Of a stretch of 64,000 nt of DNA, positions 13,301 to 25,545 are shown piece by piece. Each line of letters begins with the position of its first letter. Position 1 is the stretch's first letter. The position numbers and the translations under genes were made by a program. The stretch is from Camelus ferus. Its lineage: Eukaryota. The notes under the pieces were generated by a model. That model had not been told where the DNA came from. It was given only the letters and a program-made list of their open reading frames with translations, and did no database searches. The stretch lies in contig NC_045696.1 in NCBI RefSeq assembly GCF_009834535.1, forward strand, positions 87,670,001-87,734,000. Direction: 5' to 3'.

Positions 13301-14663
13301 ACTGAGAGGACAAGAGACATCTAACAAAAGATATTCTCTGGAATCACATGCATATATATGAAATGGTTTAAAATGTTTAGGACCTGCCAAATTCAGGTAA
13401 GAAATGCCACTGATGAACCGTTCGGAGTTTCCTTGTCCTGACTGACTGAGTCATTTAAAACTGATTGAGTCATTTTTAAAACCTGTTTGCTCTCTTTTCC
13501 CTTCTGCATCTTCCTGGGTGTAGCAATAAACAGAATTGGCTAACCCAGGTAAACAACTCACCACAAGCAGACCTGGTTTGCAAGTAGAATATTTTTATTA
13601 TTTCATGAGAACAAATGTTTTGATCAGGAAATAGATCAACTGTAAACCTTTCCCTGAAACACTGCCAGGATGAGTTTAGAACAAAACATTTCTTGCTCTG
13701 TTCCTTCCAGCCACTATTGTGTTCGTCAAAGGTTTGAAAATCTCTTAAAAGGTGACCTGATAAGAAATGATTTATAATTTAAAATGCATATAAAATCCTG
13801 GAAGCCCTGAACTCTACACACAATGCAAAGTAATATCACTCCCCTAGGACTGTAGGTAAGAAATATCATTTTAATACATTAAATAAATATTAAATTACCA
13901 TCTTAAAAATAGGCTTATCAGATCTAAGATGCTGCTTTGTTATGCCTAAGCTGCTATTTATTGCTTTGATTGCTTTCTCAAAGATGATCTTCACATTAAT
14001 TACTTTTAAATGCTTTTAGCTACAAGCAGCACATAATAAGTACTTATTACACCACATGCATACCTGCCATTACCCTCTCTTAAGCTATTATTAGTGAATC
14101 GTCCCCAGTCACCAGACTACATTTCTACTCTTCACCATGGTGGCAACTTCAAATTGTGCATCCTCAGTAAGTGATACAAGAAGCATCTCAGCGCGGTGGC
14201 AGGATAATGTTTACTGCTTCGTGGCAGGAAATGAAAGAAGGTTGGTTGGTCAAGACCTGCCCTTGCAGCTTGTCAGCTGTTATATTTGAATATAGGATCT
14301 TTGGATCAGGCGCTGAGTGTCACAAGGGCTTGGGGAACATAACTAATGAAAAAAAAATCAATGACCACTTGTTTTTGAAATGTCAGGGAGAACTAAGGAA
14401 ATATCTGAAATGTCAAAATGCACTTGAAATAGGATATAGTGATCCAAAGGCACTGAAGTAATTTAGGGTTTCATACACAAAAGCCCTGGAGCAGGGCAGT
14501 GGAAGTCCTTCAGTCATTTGTAGGTCTGTATTCTATGAACTACTGCATTTGGTTTGGTTCTAAAAAGTTCTTAAAATGAAAAGGTTTTAAAGAGGAGAGA
14601 CAGCAGTAATTAACAGTGGAATGACCAGTAGTCTGGAATAAGGTAATACAAAAAGTAATTATG

Positions 14664-15960
14664 CCTGAAACCATAAAACTCCTAGAAGAAAATATAGGCA
14701 GTAAGATCCTTGACATTGATCTCGGCAGTGATTTCTTGGATTTGACACTAAAAGCAAAGGCAACGAAAGCAAAAATAAACAAGTGGGACTAACTCAAACT
14801 ACAAAGCCCTGCACACAAAGGAAACAATCAACAAAATGGAAAGGAAATCTACTGAATAAGAGAAAATATTTGCAAATCATAGGTCTGACAAGAGGTTAAT
14901 ATCCAAAATATGTATAAAACTCAAACAACTTCATAGCAAAACAAACAATCCCATTAGAAAATGGGCAGAGGTTCTTAATAAACATTTTTGTAAAGAAGAC
15001 AGATGGCCAAAATGTTCACGAAAAGATGCTCTACATCACTAATCATCAGAGAAATGTGAATCAAAATTACAATGAGATACTTCCTCACACCTGTCAGAAC
15101 AGTTATTATCAAAAAGACAAGAAATAATAAGTGTTGCCAAGAATGTGAAGAAAAGGGAAGTTGTGCACTCTCAGTGGGAATGTAAATTGGTGCAGATACT
15201 ATGGAAAACAGTTTGGAAGTTCCTCAAAAAGTTAAAAGTAAAACTACTATAAGATCCAGCAATCCACTTCTGGATATTCATCTGAAGAAAATGAAAACAC
15301 TAACTCAAAAAGGTATACACACCCCCATGTTCACTGCAGCGTTATTTACAAAAGCCAAGCTATGGAAACAACCTAAATGTCCATCAACAAATGAATGGGC
15401 AGAGGATGTGGCATATACATACAATGGTATACTACTCAGCCACAAAAAGAATGGAATTTTGCCATTTGCAACAACATGGATGGACACTGAGGGCATTGTG
15501 CAAAGTGAAATAAGTCAGACAGAGAAAGACAAATACTATAAGGTATCACATATATGTGGAATCTAAAACAGAACAAAACAAAAAAGAGCTTATAGATACA
15601 CAGAACAGACTGGTGGTTGCCAGAGGTGGGGGTGGGTAGGGAGTAAGCAAAATTGGTGAAGGGAGTCAAAAGGCACAAGCTTCCAGTTACAAAATAAATA
15701 AGTCATGGGGATGGAACATACAGTATAGCAACTGTAGTTAATAATACTGGTTTGCCTATTTGAAAATTGCTAAGAGAGTAAATCTTAAAAGCTCTCATCA
15801 TAAGGGAAGAAAAAGGTCAGTAACTATATATAGTGATAAATATTAACTAGACTTTTTGTGGTTATCAATTCACAATATATACAAATAACAAATCATTATG
15901 TTATACACTAAAAACTAATATAATGTATGCCAACTATACTTCAGTTTTAAAGAAAGAAAA
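14664..15960 (+). mobile_element. 5'-truncated L1 (L1MA9-like) with target-site duplication
   Basis: ORF2 C-terminal peptide ([22 protein letters not shown]...ILPFATTW), 3' UTR and A tail; TSD aaaagtaattatg (14651-14663) vs aaaaggaattatg (15961-15973), 12/13 match. Confidence 0.95.
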
Positions 15961-16019
15961 AAAAGGAATTATGAATCCTCCAACACTTCCATCCAGGTCT
16001 CTTTTAAATAGAAGGAATA

Positions 16020-16420
16020 GAATTCCTTTTGACCGAGCATAATTGAAAAGGAGGTTCTAGGGCAGGGTTGGAGATATCACAGAATCCACAGTACAGGCAG
16101 GTTTCCTGAGAACTGGAAAGGAGTACTGCACAGACCAATGATTACGCTGGTCAAGAAGGAGGTTCTTGGCTCCCCTGCTCTGATTTTCTCAGTAAATCTG
16201 CTCTACTCTCCTCATCATACAGGAGCATCTCTGCACGGTCAGCTTGCATGCATTTCAGCAACATTCCAGCCCCAAACCTACAAGTTATTTTGGAAACTTA
16301 CTGTTAATTGGTCACAGTATTTGAGTATAATTATTTCCATGGTGGATAATCTGATGAGTTTAGCATAGTCTCCAGATGAGCCCCTCTTTAGTCAGCTGAG
16401 ACAGGACAGCTGAATCCTTC
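16020..16420 (-). mobile_element. Possible old MaLR LTR relic (MLT1K/L-like)
   Basis: ggagatatcacagaatcc...ataatctgatgagtttagc...gagcccctctttagtcagctg loosely resembles antisense old MLT1. Confidence 0.3.
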
Positions 16421-16778
16421 AATTGTCCCTAAGAATCAGCTTTGAGAAAGAAAATAGTATGCCCCTTGCAAGGTCCTAAAGCTGCAGCATGGGTGTCACC
16501 ATCCCAGGTCTTTCAACTCGGTGCCTGGCATTATCAAGAGTCTGGCACTCACTTCTCTACCATCTTGTGTAAGACACGTGTCACTGTTTAAGATTTTCCA
16601 GTGTTAAGAATCTCATAAAATTTGCTTATATTTTCATTCTTGAGATTTATATGCATTAAAAGTCAAATCCAGATATGTATTTCCTACCACTGCCTATATC
16701 AGAGCATCCACCTAACCAAAATTTATTAAAAGCCTCAGTTGACTGGAAATGATGGAGTCTGTGGATTTGCAGCCTGGC

Positions 16779-16843
16779 TTCCCACACACACTGGTCCTCC
16801 AGGGACTTCCCGAGAAGAAATTCCCGACAACACGGGAAATCCT
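16779..16843. promoter_or_regulatory. Candidate NF-kB/STAT motif cluster
   Basis: GGGACTTCCC 16802-16811, TTCCCGAGAA 16807-16816, AGAAATTCCC 16816-16825, GGGAAATCCT 16834-16843, TTCCCACA 16779-16786. Confidence 0.35.
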
Positions 16844-18559
16844 GCTCATTCACTCAACTGCACTTGCCAAGACGCTTTTTCTTTTACTGCTTTTTTTTTT
16901 TTTCAGTGAAAGCACTGATTTAATTCAAAACACAACACATCTGGGATATTAGCTTCAACTGACAAGCTGAATTTTGTACCTAAACCCCAATGGTCTCAGA
17001 GTGCCAGCAACCAGCAGAAATGGCTTGATACAGCAATTGAATATAATTATTTTCATTTTTCATCATCTGGCTCCAGCCAGGAACCCCCAAACAGAAGTAT
17101 ATCTGGGTCCTCAATGTTCTTAGTGCTATGCGGAGTAACCAATAAATAACAGAAAATGTCATCAACCTGACATTTTTCTAAACCCTTCAATTCTTCTCCC
17201 TAAGCAGCTATATGGTCTAGACTCTAAAAGTTTGTGCTGTTTTTCTGTCACAAATCCACAAACTGATAGCTCTCTTGCTGGGTGAAGGACTCTGAATGCC
17301 TCTTCTCAGTCATGACACCTTAACCAGTCTCGCAAATTTTCTATATCCCACTACTGGCAATAATACTCATAGATCAAAAAAATTATTTCACTACAGAATT
17401 TTCTGAATGCAAGAAACAAAACCCCACTAAACTTTGGTGAAATGAAAAGTAAGCTTGTGTGAAAGCAGATACTGAAGACAGCGCCAAGTATGGATATGCC
17501 AGATCTGCTGCAAACTGAACTGAAAGAACGGGAACGTCTTTGGGAAGTGAAGGCATCCCTGCCCTCCATCAGGGAGAGGTCCACATGGTGTCTGTCACCT
17601 CAATCTGTGTCTATGTGCATTGACTTCATTCTTTCCTTCTTGAACTAGCTTACTAAGTGTTTTCATTTTGCAAATGTTTGACATCACTGTGCTGTGGTCT
17701 TTTAGTTAAAATTCTTACTCTAGCCTCTGTGTCTTTGGTTCTCATTGCCAAGGACACTGTGTGACTGTGAGACAAAACCGATGGAAAAACAGGTGTGCTC
17801 AGTACAGTCCCCAAACGGGCTCCTCTTCTGTGAGTTCTCCACTTTGAATCAATCTGATGTGACAGATCTTTCATCTTTTTGGTTTAAAAAGGGCTTAGAA
17901 ACTTAAAGAAGGGTGCTATATAAGATAGTTATCCAGAAAGTGTTTCTGAAAGTTACCACTAAAGACCAGAAGATGAGAGAATCCAAGTGTCAGGAAGCTC
18001 TGATTTATCCACTTTGTTCACCAATTTGTAAAACATTTCACTCGAATGAAAACTTCTACAGCTAGAAAGAAGTATCTGAAAAACTCAATCCAGTCTCACC
18101 CTGTTCCACTCAAGTGTCTTTACTTTAAATAATGATGCTTTGGGACACTTTGTAGAGGGAAATGGTTAATTTTCTTTCCTCTGACAGACTATTATTGGTG
18201 CTCATTCATAAATATAATTTCTTCTTAGATATATTTTATATATTTAGTTTTATCATCTGAGTAAATACTTGATAATATCCCTTCTCCGTTTACTTCATGT
18301 ACAGCAATATTATCCAAGTTAGATACATCAGCGAGTCCCTACAGAGCATTTTTGATTTGGTTTCCAATTTTGTTACAGATGATGGAGGACTGGACCTTAT
18401 ATTGGACACTTTATCAATTTCAAATAATGAGCTTTTCTATCTTCTGGCTAGCCTTTTAAAAAAGAACAAAGAGATTTTTTTCCTATTCCAAGTTCTTAGT
18501 GAAATACACTTGGTTAAGGAGAATTATAGTATTCACATATTAAATTCTGCTATGATACT

Positions 18560-19047
18560 TGTGATGGCGAATTTTATGTGCCAAGTTAATTGACTCATAG
18601 GGTGCCTAGATATTTGGCTAAACATAATTCTGGATGTGTCTGAGATAGTGTTTCTGGATAAGATTAGTATTTGAATTGGTGAACTTAGTCAAGCATATGG
18701 CCCTTCCCAAGTGGGTGGGCACCATTCAATCCACTGAGGGTTTGAGTAAAATAACAGGTGCCTTTTCTGCCTGAATGATTGAGCTGTTGGTTGTCTCCTG
18801 TGCTCAGGCTAGGATTTACATTAGCAACCATGGTCCTTAGGCCCTTAGACTCAGATTGAATGACAGCACTGGTTTCCCAGGTCTCTAGCTTGCAGATGGC
18901 AGATCATGACACTTCCTCCAAAATTACATGAGCTAGTTTAAAAAAGTATACACACACACACACACACGCACACACACACACACACAAAGCACAAAGCACA
19001 GAATCTTCTCTTGGATTCTGTTTCTCTGGAGAACTCTGATTAATGCA
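18560..19047 (+). mobile_element. Solo ERVL LTR, MLT2-type, with internal (CA)n
   Basis: Starts tgtgatggcgaattttatgtgccaag, ends ctgtttctctggagaactctgattaatgca; (CA)n at ~18950-18986 at the position typical for MLT2. Confidence 0.92.
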
Positions 19048-19049
19048 AT

Positions 19050-19375
19050 ATCATTATAAGCAAAATACAATGGTAGTATGGAGAGGGGCCATGAAACCAG
19101 AGGGAGTTGTGAAGACTCTGTGAAAAAGACAATTTGGTCTGCACCACTGGGGATGTGGAGGGCTTTAAGAGAGAAGAAAGGTGGAGAATGGGCCTTTCAG
19201 ACATAGGTGATAGTATAACTGAATCAACGTAAGGTAACTGAATGTCAATCTAATGTGTTTAGAGAACTCTCAGTAGTCTAGTTTGTCAAAATGAAAGCAT
19301 ATATGAAAAGGCTGGAGGTGTGTATGATGGGAATATACACTGAAGAAGAAGAAAAAGTGCCTGTCAATGAGGTTT
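19050..19375 (-). mobile_element. L2 relic
   Basis: ggagaatgggcctttcagacatagg...atgtgtttagagaactctcagtagtctagtttg resembles antisense L2. Confidence 0.5.
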
Positions 19376-19422
19376 TCTTTTCTTTCCCCCTAGTGCGAAA
19401 GAGGATTTTTTTCCTTTGAAAG

Positions 19423-20003
19423 TTTTTTTTTTTTAATTGAAGTATAGTCAGCTAAAATGTGTCAATTTCTGGTGTAGAGCATAATGTTTCAGTCATACAT
19501 ATACACACACATATATTTGTTTTCATGTTCTTTTTCCTTATAGATTACTACAAGATATTAAATATAGTTCCCTGTGCTATACAGAAAATTTTTTTATCAA
19601 ATATATATATATATATACTATATATATATATATATAGTAGTTAATATTTCCAAATCTCAAACTCCCAATTTATCCCTTCCCACCCTCTTACCCCTCTGGT
19701 AACTATAAATTTGTTTACTATGTCTGTGACTCTGTTTCTGTTTTATAATTAAGTTCATTAGTGTCTTCTTACTTTTTCTTTTTTTTCTTGATTCCACATT
19801 ATGAGTGATATCATATGGGATTTTTCTTTCTTTCTGGCTTACTTCACTTAGAATGATGATCTCCAGGTCCATCCATGCTGCTGCAAATGGTATTATTTTA
19901 TTCTTTTTTATGGCTGAGTAGTACCCCATTGTATAAATACGCCACAGCTTCTTTATCTAGTCATCTGTTGATGGACATTTAGTTTGTTTCCATGTCTTGG
20001 TTA
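19423..20003 (-). mobile_element. Young L1 3' fragment (camelid-like), antisense
   Basis: poly-T then aattgaagtatagtcag...; minus-strand ORF YYSAIKKNKIIPFAAAWMDLEIIILSEVSQ is the L1 ORF2 end. Confidence 0.95.
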
Positions 20004-20097
20004 TTTTTTAAGCCACAATTGCAAAAAAATAAAAATCATTGCTATTTGCTATTAACTACTATGTTACTATTATTTGCTATGTGATTGGTATCTAAAG

Positions 20098-20235
20098 CTT
20101 CATTTAATCCTTGGATATGAGCATACAGGTATTATTATCCCTGCTTTGCAGATGAGGAGACTGAGAGTCTCACTGGTAAATGGGAGATCCAGGATATTAA
20201 CTCAGACAATCTAGTTTTAAAACACAGCTTTCTAT
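20098..20235 (-). mobile_element. MIR
   Basis: catttaatcc...aggtattattatccctgctttgcagatgaggagactgag. Confidence 0.75.
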
Positions 20236-20638
20236 AATTTTATAAGACTAATTTGAATTCTTTTACTTGCAAAATAATATTCATACTTTATTTGCATTTT
20301 AATTTGACTTTCACTTCCCATTGCCTTAAGAGAGCTTCTTAAATAGCCCAGGAAGGAAATAATTTGTGACTTAAGTTTTATGAATCCTTGAAACAACAAC
20401 AAAAGAATAATTCTTCAAAATGAAGCCATACAACAAACAATTTGACTAAATATTTAGGATTTTGAGGATAGAAAAGTGATTGTTATGATCTTTAGTATAT
20501 ATTCTCCAGCAGAAGTTTGCAAAGGGATGAAACATAGCCTTCACTTACTTTACCCAACATTAAGACCCCAAGTGTGGCAGGGACAGGAGAGGCAGGTGAA
20601 GGGAAGGGGCCAGGAGCATTCCTTGAGAACCTGCTCAC

Positions 20639-20754
20639 CTGAGCTATGCACAGGGATTGTGCAGAGTCAGTGTAGTGACATGACCTGGAGCACACATATC
20701 ACTGATGCCTTCACCCAAGGAAGTGACAGGAGGATGGGCCATTCATTTTCATCA
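20639..20754 (-). other. Candidate non-coding exon (116 nt)
   Basis: Minus strand: ctcttgtaccccttttcag|TGATGA...GCTCAG|gtgagc; stops in all three frames. Confidence 0.25.
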
Positions 20755-21574
20755 CTGAAAAGGGGTACAAGAGCTGATGAAATAGGGCAAAGGATGAAAA
20801 CATCCTAGAAAGAGTTCAGGAGGAGACGCTGAGTTACAGAAATGTCTTAAATGCACATGGACTCTACAATGGCAGCTCAATTTTTATAATTTGAGAATAT
20901 TCATCAAATTGCAGTAATAAAGCACCTCATTTAGAATGAGGTGGGAAGACAGCATCAGAATGGAGTAAGTTGTCTGATGTCATATCACTAAAAGTTCTCT
21001 TCTATTGGCTCAGGAAGAAAGTCAAAGATTGTGAGATATGTGCTTAAATGGAGGAAAGAACATCACTAAGAAATAGAATAGTCTCTTCTAAGGAATAAGT
21101 TTTCCATTAATCTGACATCACAATTATATTTAAATTATCATTACTTGAGCATAGATTCACTCAGCTTATCTTCCATTACAATCTACGAACCTTACCAATA
21201 TATATATTTTACTATATTTTGACTATAAACATTCAATACTTAGCCTCTGTATTATATATGATAAAATTCTGTATGATTCTCAAACGATAATAATTCTCTC
21301 TCTATGTATTTTTTCCTAGAAAAAAAGTCACTCTTTTGTTTTAGTGGACATATGTTGACTTGTTGGTTTTGTTTTGCTTTTTTTCTTTCCAGACCAGCAT
21401 CTCTATTCCTTTGGGAAGCTTTTCCTCCCCATTTTTCTCTAATCCCAGAAGTCACCCTTCCCCCCTCCCAGATGTAAGCTTTATCCAATGGTAACCTAAC
21501 TTGAGGAGCATTTTTCACCTTGGCAACATTTTTTGCTCCACATGGAGAATCAATACAACGTTTTTGTTGGAATG

Positions 21575-21772
21575 AGACTGCTGTGCTCTGATCCTGGCTC
21601 TGTCATTTGTTAAATATTCAACCTGTCTGTGTCTCAACTCCCTCCTGGGTAAAAGAGAGATAATAATAGTACATTCCTCTTCGAGTGTTTACAAAGATTA
21701 ATGAGTTAATGTTTCTAACACTTAGAGGAGTGCTTAGAATATAGTAGGTGATATATAAATATTTGTTAAATA
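21575..21772 (+). mobile_element. MIR
   Basis: atcctggctctgtcatttg...aacctgtctgtgtctcaactccctc...gataataatagtac...aagattaatgagttaatg. Confidence 0.8.
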
Positions 21773-21903
21773 AATGCATTTGTTGAAAATCATGTGCAAT
21801 TATGCAGTGTTCTACTCAGGAGTGGCATGTGGAAAGAAAAGTGGTTTTTTTCACTGTGGTTGCTAAGGTAAGTTGGGGCATTGTGACAGATGAAACAGAG
21901 GGA

Positions 21904-22270
21904 TATCTTATTCTATTCAGGCTACTATAATGAAATACTACAGAGAAGATGGCTTAAAAACAGCAGAAATTTATTTCTCACATTTCTGGGGTCTGGAAGT
22001 CAGATATAGGGGAGACCACATGGTGAGGTTCCCTGCCTGGTGAGGCTCACTTCCTGGTTCTTAGAAGACATCCTTCCATTATGTCCTCTCACGGAGGAAA
22101 GGGTGAGTGCTTTCTCAGACAGCTTTAATTAGGGCACTAAACCCATTTACGAGGGCTCTTCTCTGATGACCCAGTCATCTCCCAAAGATCCCAACCTTCT
22201 ATTATCACCTTGGGGATTAGGTGAATTCAACATCTGAATTTGGGAGAAACACAAACACTCAACAATAGCA
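21904..22270 (-). mobile_element. MaLR solo LTR (MLT1A-like)
   Basis: tatcttattctattcaggctactataa...aaatttatttctcacatttctggggtctggaagtc...cacaaacactcaacaatagca; near full length. Confidence 0.9.
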
Positions 22271-22299
22271 AGAGGTACATTTAAGGAATCAGCGACCTT

Positions 22300-22533
22300 C
22301 CTTGTTACCACACAGAGAAACTGAACAATGAAGTCAGCAGCACAAATGGCAGCAGAACCAAACTATGGGGAGAGACAAAGCCCAAAATCATCATGCACAT
22401 CCTTGTGTCCAGCGGTAGCTAATGAGATCTAGATTCCTCAGATACAGAAGCCAATGTATTCCTCTTTTTTTTCTTTGCTAAAGCTTTTCCGAGATGGGTT
22501 TTTGTTACTTGCCACCAAAAGACTCCAGACTCA
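22300..22533 (+). mobile_element. Old MaLR LTR 3' part (MLT1J/K-like)
   Basis: agaagccaatgtattcctc...gagatgggtttttgttacttgccaccaaaagactccagact. Confidence 0.7.
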
Positions 22534-23104
22534 AAAAAAAAAAAAAAAAATAAGATTTTAATATATCTTTAAGGGAACTTCAACAAGTCTACACATGTCC
22601 CTTAAAAATCATCTCAACTTGTAACTATCGAAGAAACATCAGAAATTTAGCTATTCAAATAAGTCCTCTCTCCCACGTACTATTACGCATTCAATATTTC
22701 ACTTAGCTGAACATCAAGCCACTTCAGTTTTTCAGAGCTAAATTTCATTTCTTCTTAAATATTTATTGAGTGAGAATTAATTTCATTCTGCTAATTAGTT
22801 TGCTACCATGTCTTCTTGTCACCATAGCTCAAGTCACACACAATATGTTACATTAAAGAGGTGCTAATTGTCTATTAGAAGTTTCACCACAGCCAACATG
22901 CCAAGAAAATGAATGATGTGATTAGGCTACCTAAAGGTTATCTGAAAGAATTTGGAACAGTCAGTGCTAGTAATACAAGTTTATATGGACAATATTACTT
23001 GGGGAAATGATTTTAAATGAGTATGATCTCAAAGAAGTTTAAGAACTCTATCCTCTGTGGATGAACTTTTATAAGAAGAAACAAGACATATTTAAAGGGT
23101 AAAG

Positions 23105-23320
23105 GATTTCAAGTCAGAAAAATATAGGTTTAAAGCCTGGCTTATAAGGTACTAGTTGGTTTCGGAAACTTACTTAAACTCTCCAATCTATGTTTTCTCT
23201 TCCTAAAAATAGAGAATATAATGTTCATCACTCAGGTCTGTAATGGGGATTATATATTAAATGAAATCATATAGCATCATGCCAGGTACAAAACAGTATG
23301 AGAAGTAACAATGTTAGCAA
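23105..23320 (+). mobile_element. MIR
   Basis: aagtcagaaaaatataggtttaaagcctggc...ttacttaaactctccaatctatgttttctcttcctaaaaatagag. Confidence 0.65.
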
Positions 23321-23764
23321 ATAAAAATAGTAACAAACATAGGAACAAAGCATACAAAGATTCTCAACACTACTGCATTAGTCAGTTACCAGTCAAAGGT
23401 ATCTTAGACTATAGACATTCTCACAAAGAGTGCATATAATGTAAGGAATCAGTTACTTATAAAACTGTGGAAAGGGCAAGAGAATCCAGGATCAGGGAAA
23501 GTGTTCAGGAGAAAAGGAAGTTTCAAGAATTTCAGTAAAGATCCACTGATATCTCAGTTGCCTGCTGCACCACAGCAGGAATGTCATTGCTAGCTCATGT
23601 CACCCCTTTCTGTTAATAGAAAAATTACTCTGTTTCCTCAAAACACTAGACTTCCAATCAGTGTAACTACCATAATATAAGGATTTTGTTAGAATAATTA
23701 CTTTAACTACATCTGTAAAATCTGTTTAATTACACCTGCTAATTACAAGTTGTAATAAAATACA

Positions 23765-23830
23765 TGTCCATCTACAATATAAAGTTTGGCGCCTTGTGCA
23801 GTGTACAACCTACATGCGTGTAACTGACTT
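23765..23830 (+). mobile_element. MER91-like hAT relic fragment
   Basis: ggcgccttgtgcagtgtacaacctacatgcgtgta resembles the MER91 3' end as recalled. Confidence 0.4.
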
Positions 23831-24089
23831 AACTTACTTTCCTCTTAATGAGACTCAACTTTTACTTCTCTACTATTACATGAAAGCTATTACATGATAC
23901 TAGTAGTGTCAAACACCAAGATGATCTATTTCTTCACTACTTCATCCTAACTAGAATATGAGAATTTATAATGATTTTGCATAAGGTCCTCATTTCAAAT
24001 TCTACATTTCGCATGTATGAATTCACAGAGGCTCATAAGTTTTTCCTCCACTCATTTATTTATTCCTACATTGAAACCTGTGTTGTTAA

Positions 24090-24960
24090 TTTATTTTTTG
24101 CTTAGTTAGACTCAATTTTTTGAGAATTCAATATTTACATGATATATTCTCTGAATCCTTATGTATCTGCAAATATATATGTATAGTCATAACAGGTGAA
24201 ATGTTATCTTGGTTGGTATGTGATTGTTATTTTTTCAATGGTTCATATGTGATAAAGACGAAAGCTCCAAGACCAGCTTGATTTCTTTCTTGTCCCTTTA
24301 AAATTATATTATCTTATTGTGTAAACTAATATGATTTCTGTTTATTTCTATAGTTTAATATTATTTTAGGATATGCTTTTGTATTGCTTTTCTAATTAAT
24401 CTTGCCTAAAAAATTGATGCAATTGGTTTTCAATCTGCTTTCTCCAGTCTGTTCACTAAATTTTTATTTTACTATATTTTAATTATTGCCTCAAACTCAG
24501 TTATTCCTATTTCTCCTTCTGATAGCAAGTTATTTCCAAATTACTTCTTGATCTTCCAATCCTTCCAGCTTTTCTCTCACAATTTCTATCACTGTATTTT
24601 TGCTCTGTGCTTTGAGACAATCTGCTTGCTGCTTCCTCCAGGCCACATATTCAAATCTGAAGAGGAAATATCCTCATCATTTTATCTGTTTTTTAATTTG
24701 AAAATCAAATTTTATATTCCAGAAAGTGATTTTATACTACAATCAAATCTCTTTATGTGGATTTAGTAATTTTTGTCCAGGTTGTTATTAGCTGCCTTTA
24801 GCAATGTCATTTCATTTAACTGCACCATTTTGGTTATTCTGATAATATGTGAATTTTCATTCTCTCTCCTCCCCCTGCTCCCACCCCACATTTTCTAGGA
24901 CCCACAGGTGAGTGCTGTGTTTCTTTTACTGCTTATGTATCATTCTGTTTAAATTACAGG
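24090..24960 (-). mobile_element. Very old L1/HAL1-type relic, antisense
   Basis: T-rich block with atattctctgaatccttatgtatctgcaaat and aaagctccaagaccagcttgatttcttt, like antisense L1M ORF1/ORF2 decay. Confidence 0.4.
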
Positions 24961-25289
24961 TATAGGACCAAGAATTGTGCTGGGTTACATGGTGGCAATA
25001 TTATTAGTATATTACTATCATTAGTATTATTCATGGCAGTCTGTCCCAGTGAGTGTGCAGTGGACAGTCAGGTATGTTTCTAGGCCTCAACCAAATTACA
25101 ACCAAAACAACATCAGGTTGTCCCTTGGCACCTGATAATGATATCAAGAGAGCCTCATCGGAACTGTCCATGATCCAGTGTCACTTTCTCTTATTGTCTT
25201 GTTTTTTTTGTTTTTTTTTTTTTGTTTTTGTTTTTGTTTTTTAATAGGACAAGCTCTCTCCACTAATCCCTGACAAAAAATTCTGAGAG

Positions 25290-25470
25290 CAATCAGAAGG
25301 GTAGCTTATCTGAGGGTCAGATTGACCTAAGGGAGATGCAAGGTAAAATTCCAGTTTGGAGAAAATGTTCTGTACCTTGACTACAGGATGTATACGTTGT
25401 TCCAACTCATAGAATTTTGCACCTAATATCTGCGGATACCACTGTAGGTAAATTATATCTCAAAAGAAAA
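25290..25470 (+). mobile_element. L1MC/ME-type 3' end
   Basis: gaaaatgttctgtaccttgac...aactcatagaattttgcacctaatatctg...ctgtaggtaaattatatctcaaaa. Confidence 0.75.
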
Positions 25471-25545
25471 TGAATAATTATTTCCCCTAATTTAATCAAC
25501 CTCTCTGGTAATTATAAATTTTAAAAATTAAAAAAAAATAAAATA

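Noticed and set aside
17462..17647. + strand protein-looking frame KQILKTAPSMDMPDLLQTELKERERLWEVK
   Set aside because: No convincing splice sites, no family recognised, no poly(A) or TSD for a retrocopy; a tblastn would settle it
24899..24907. 9-nt micro-exon tttctag|GACCCACAG|gtgagt
   Set aside because: Inside a probable old L1 relic, on the strand less likely to be transcribed, with no host coding exons
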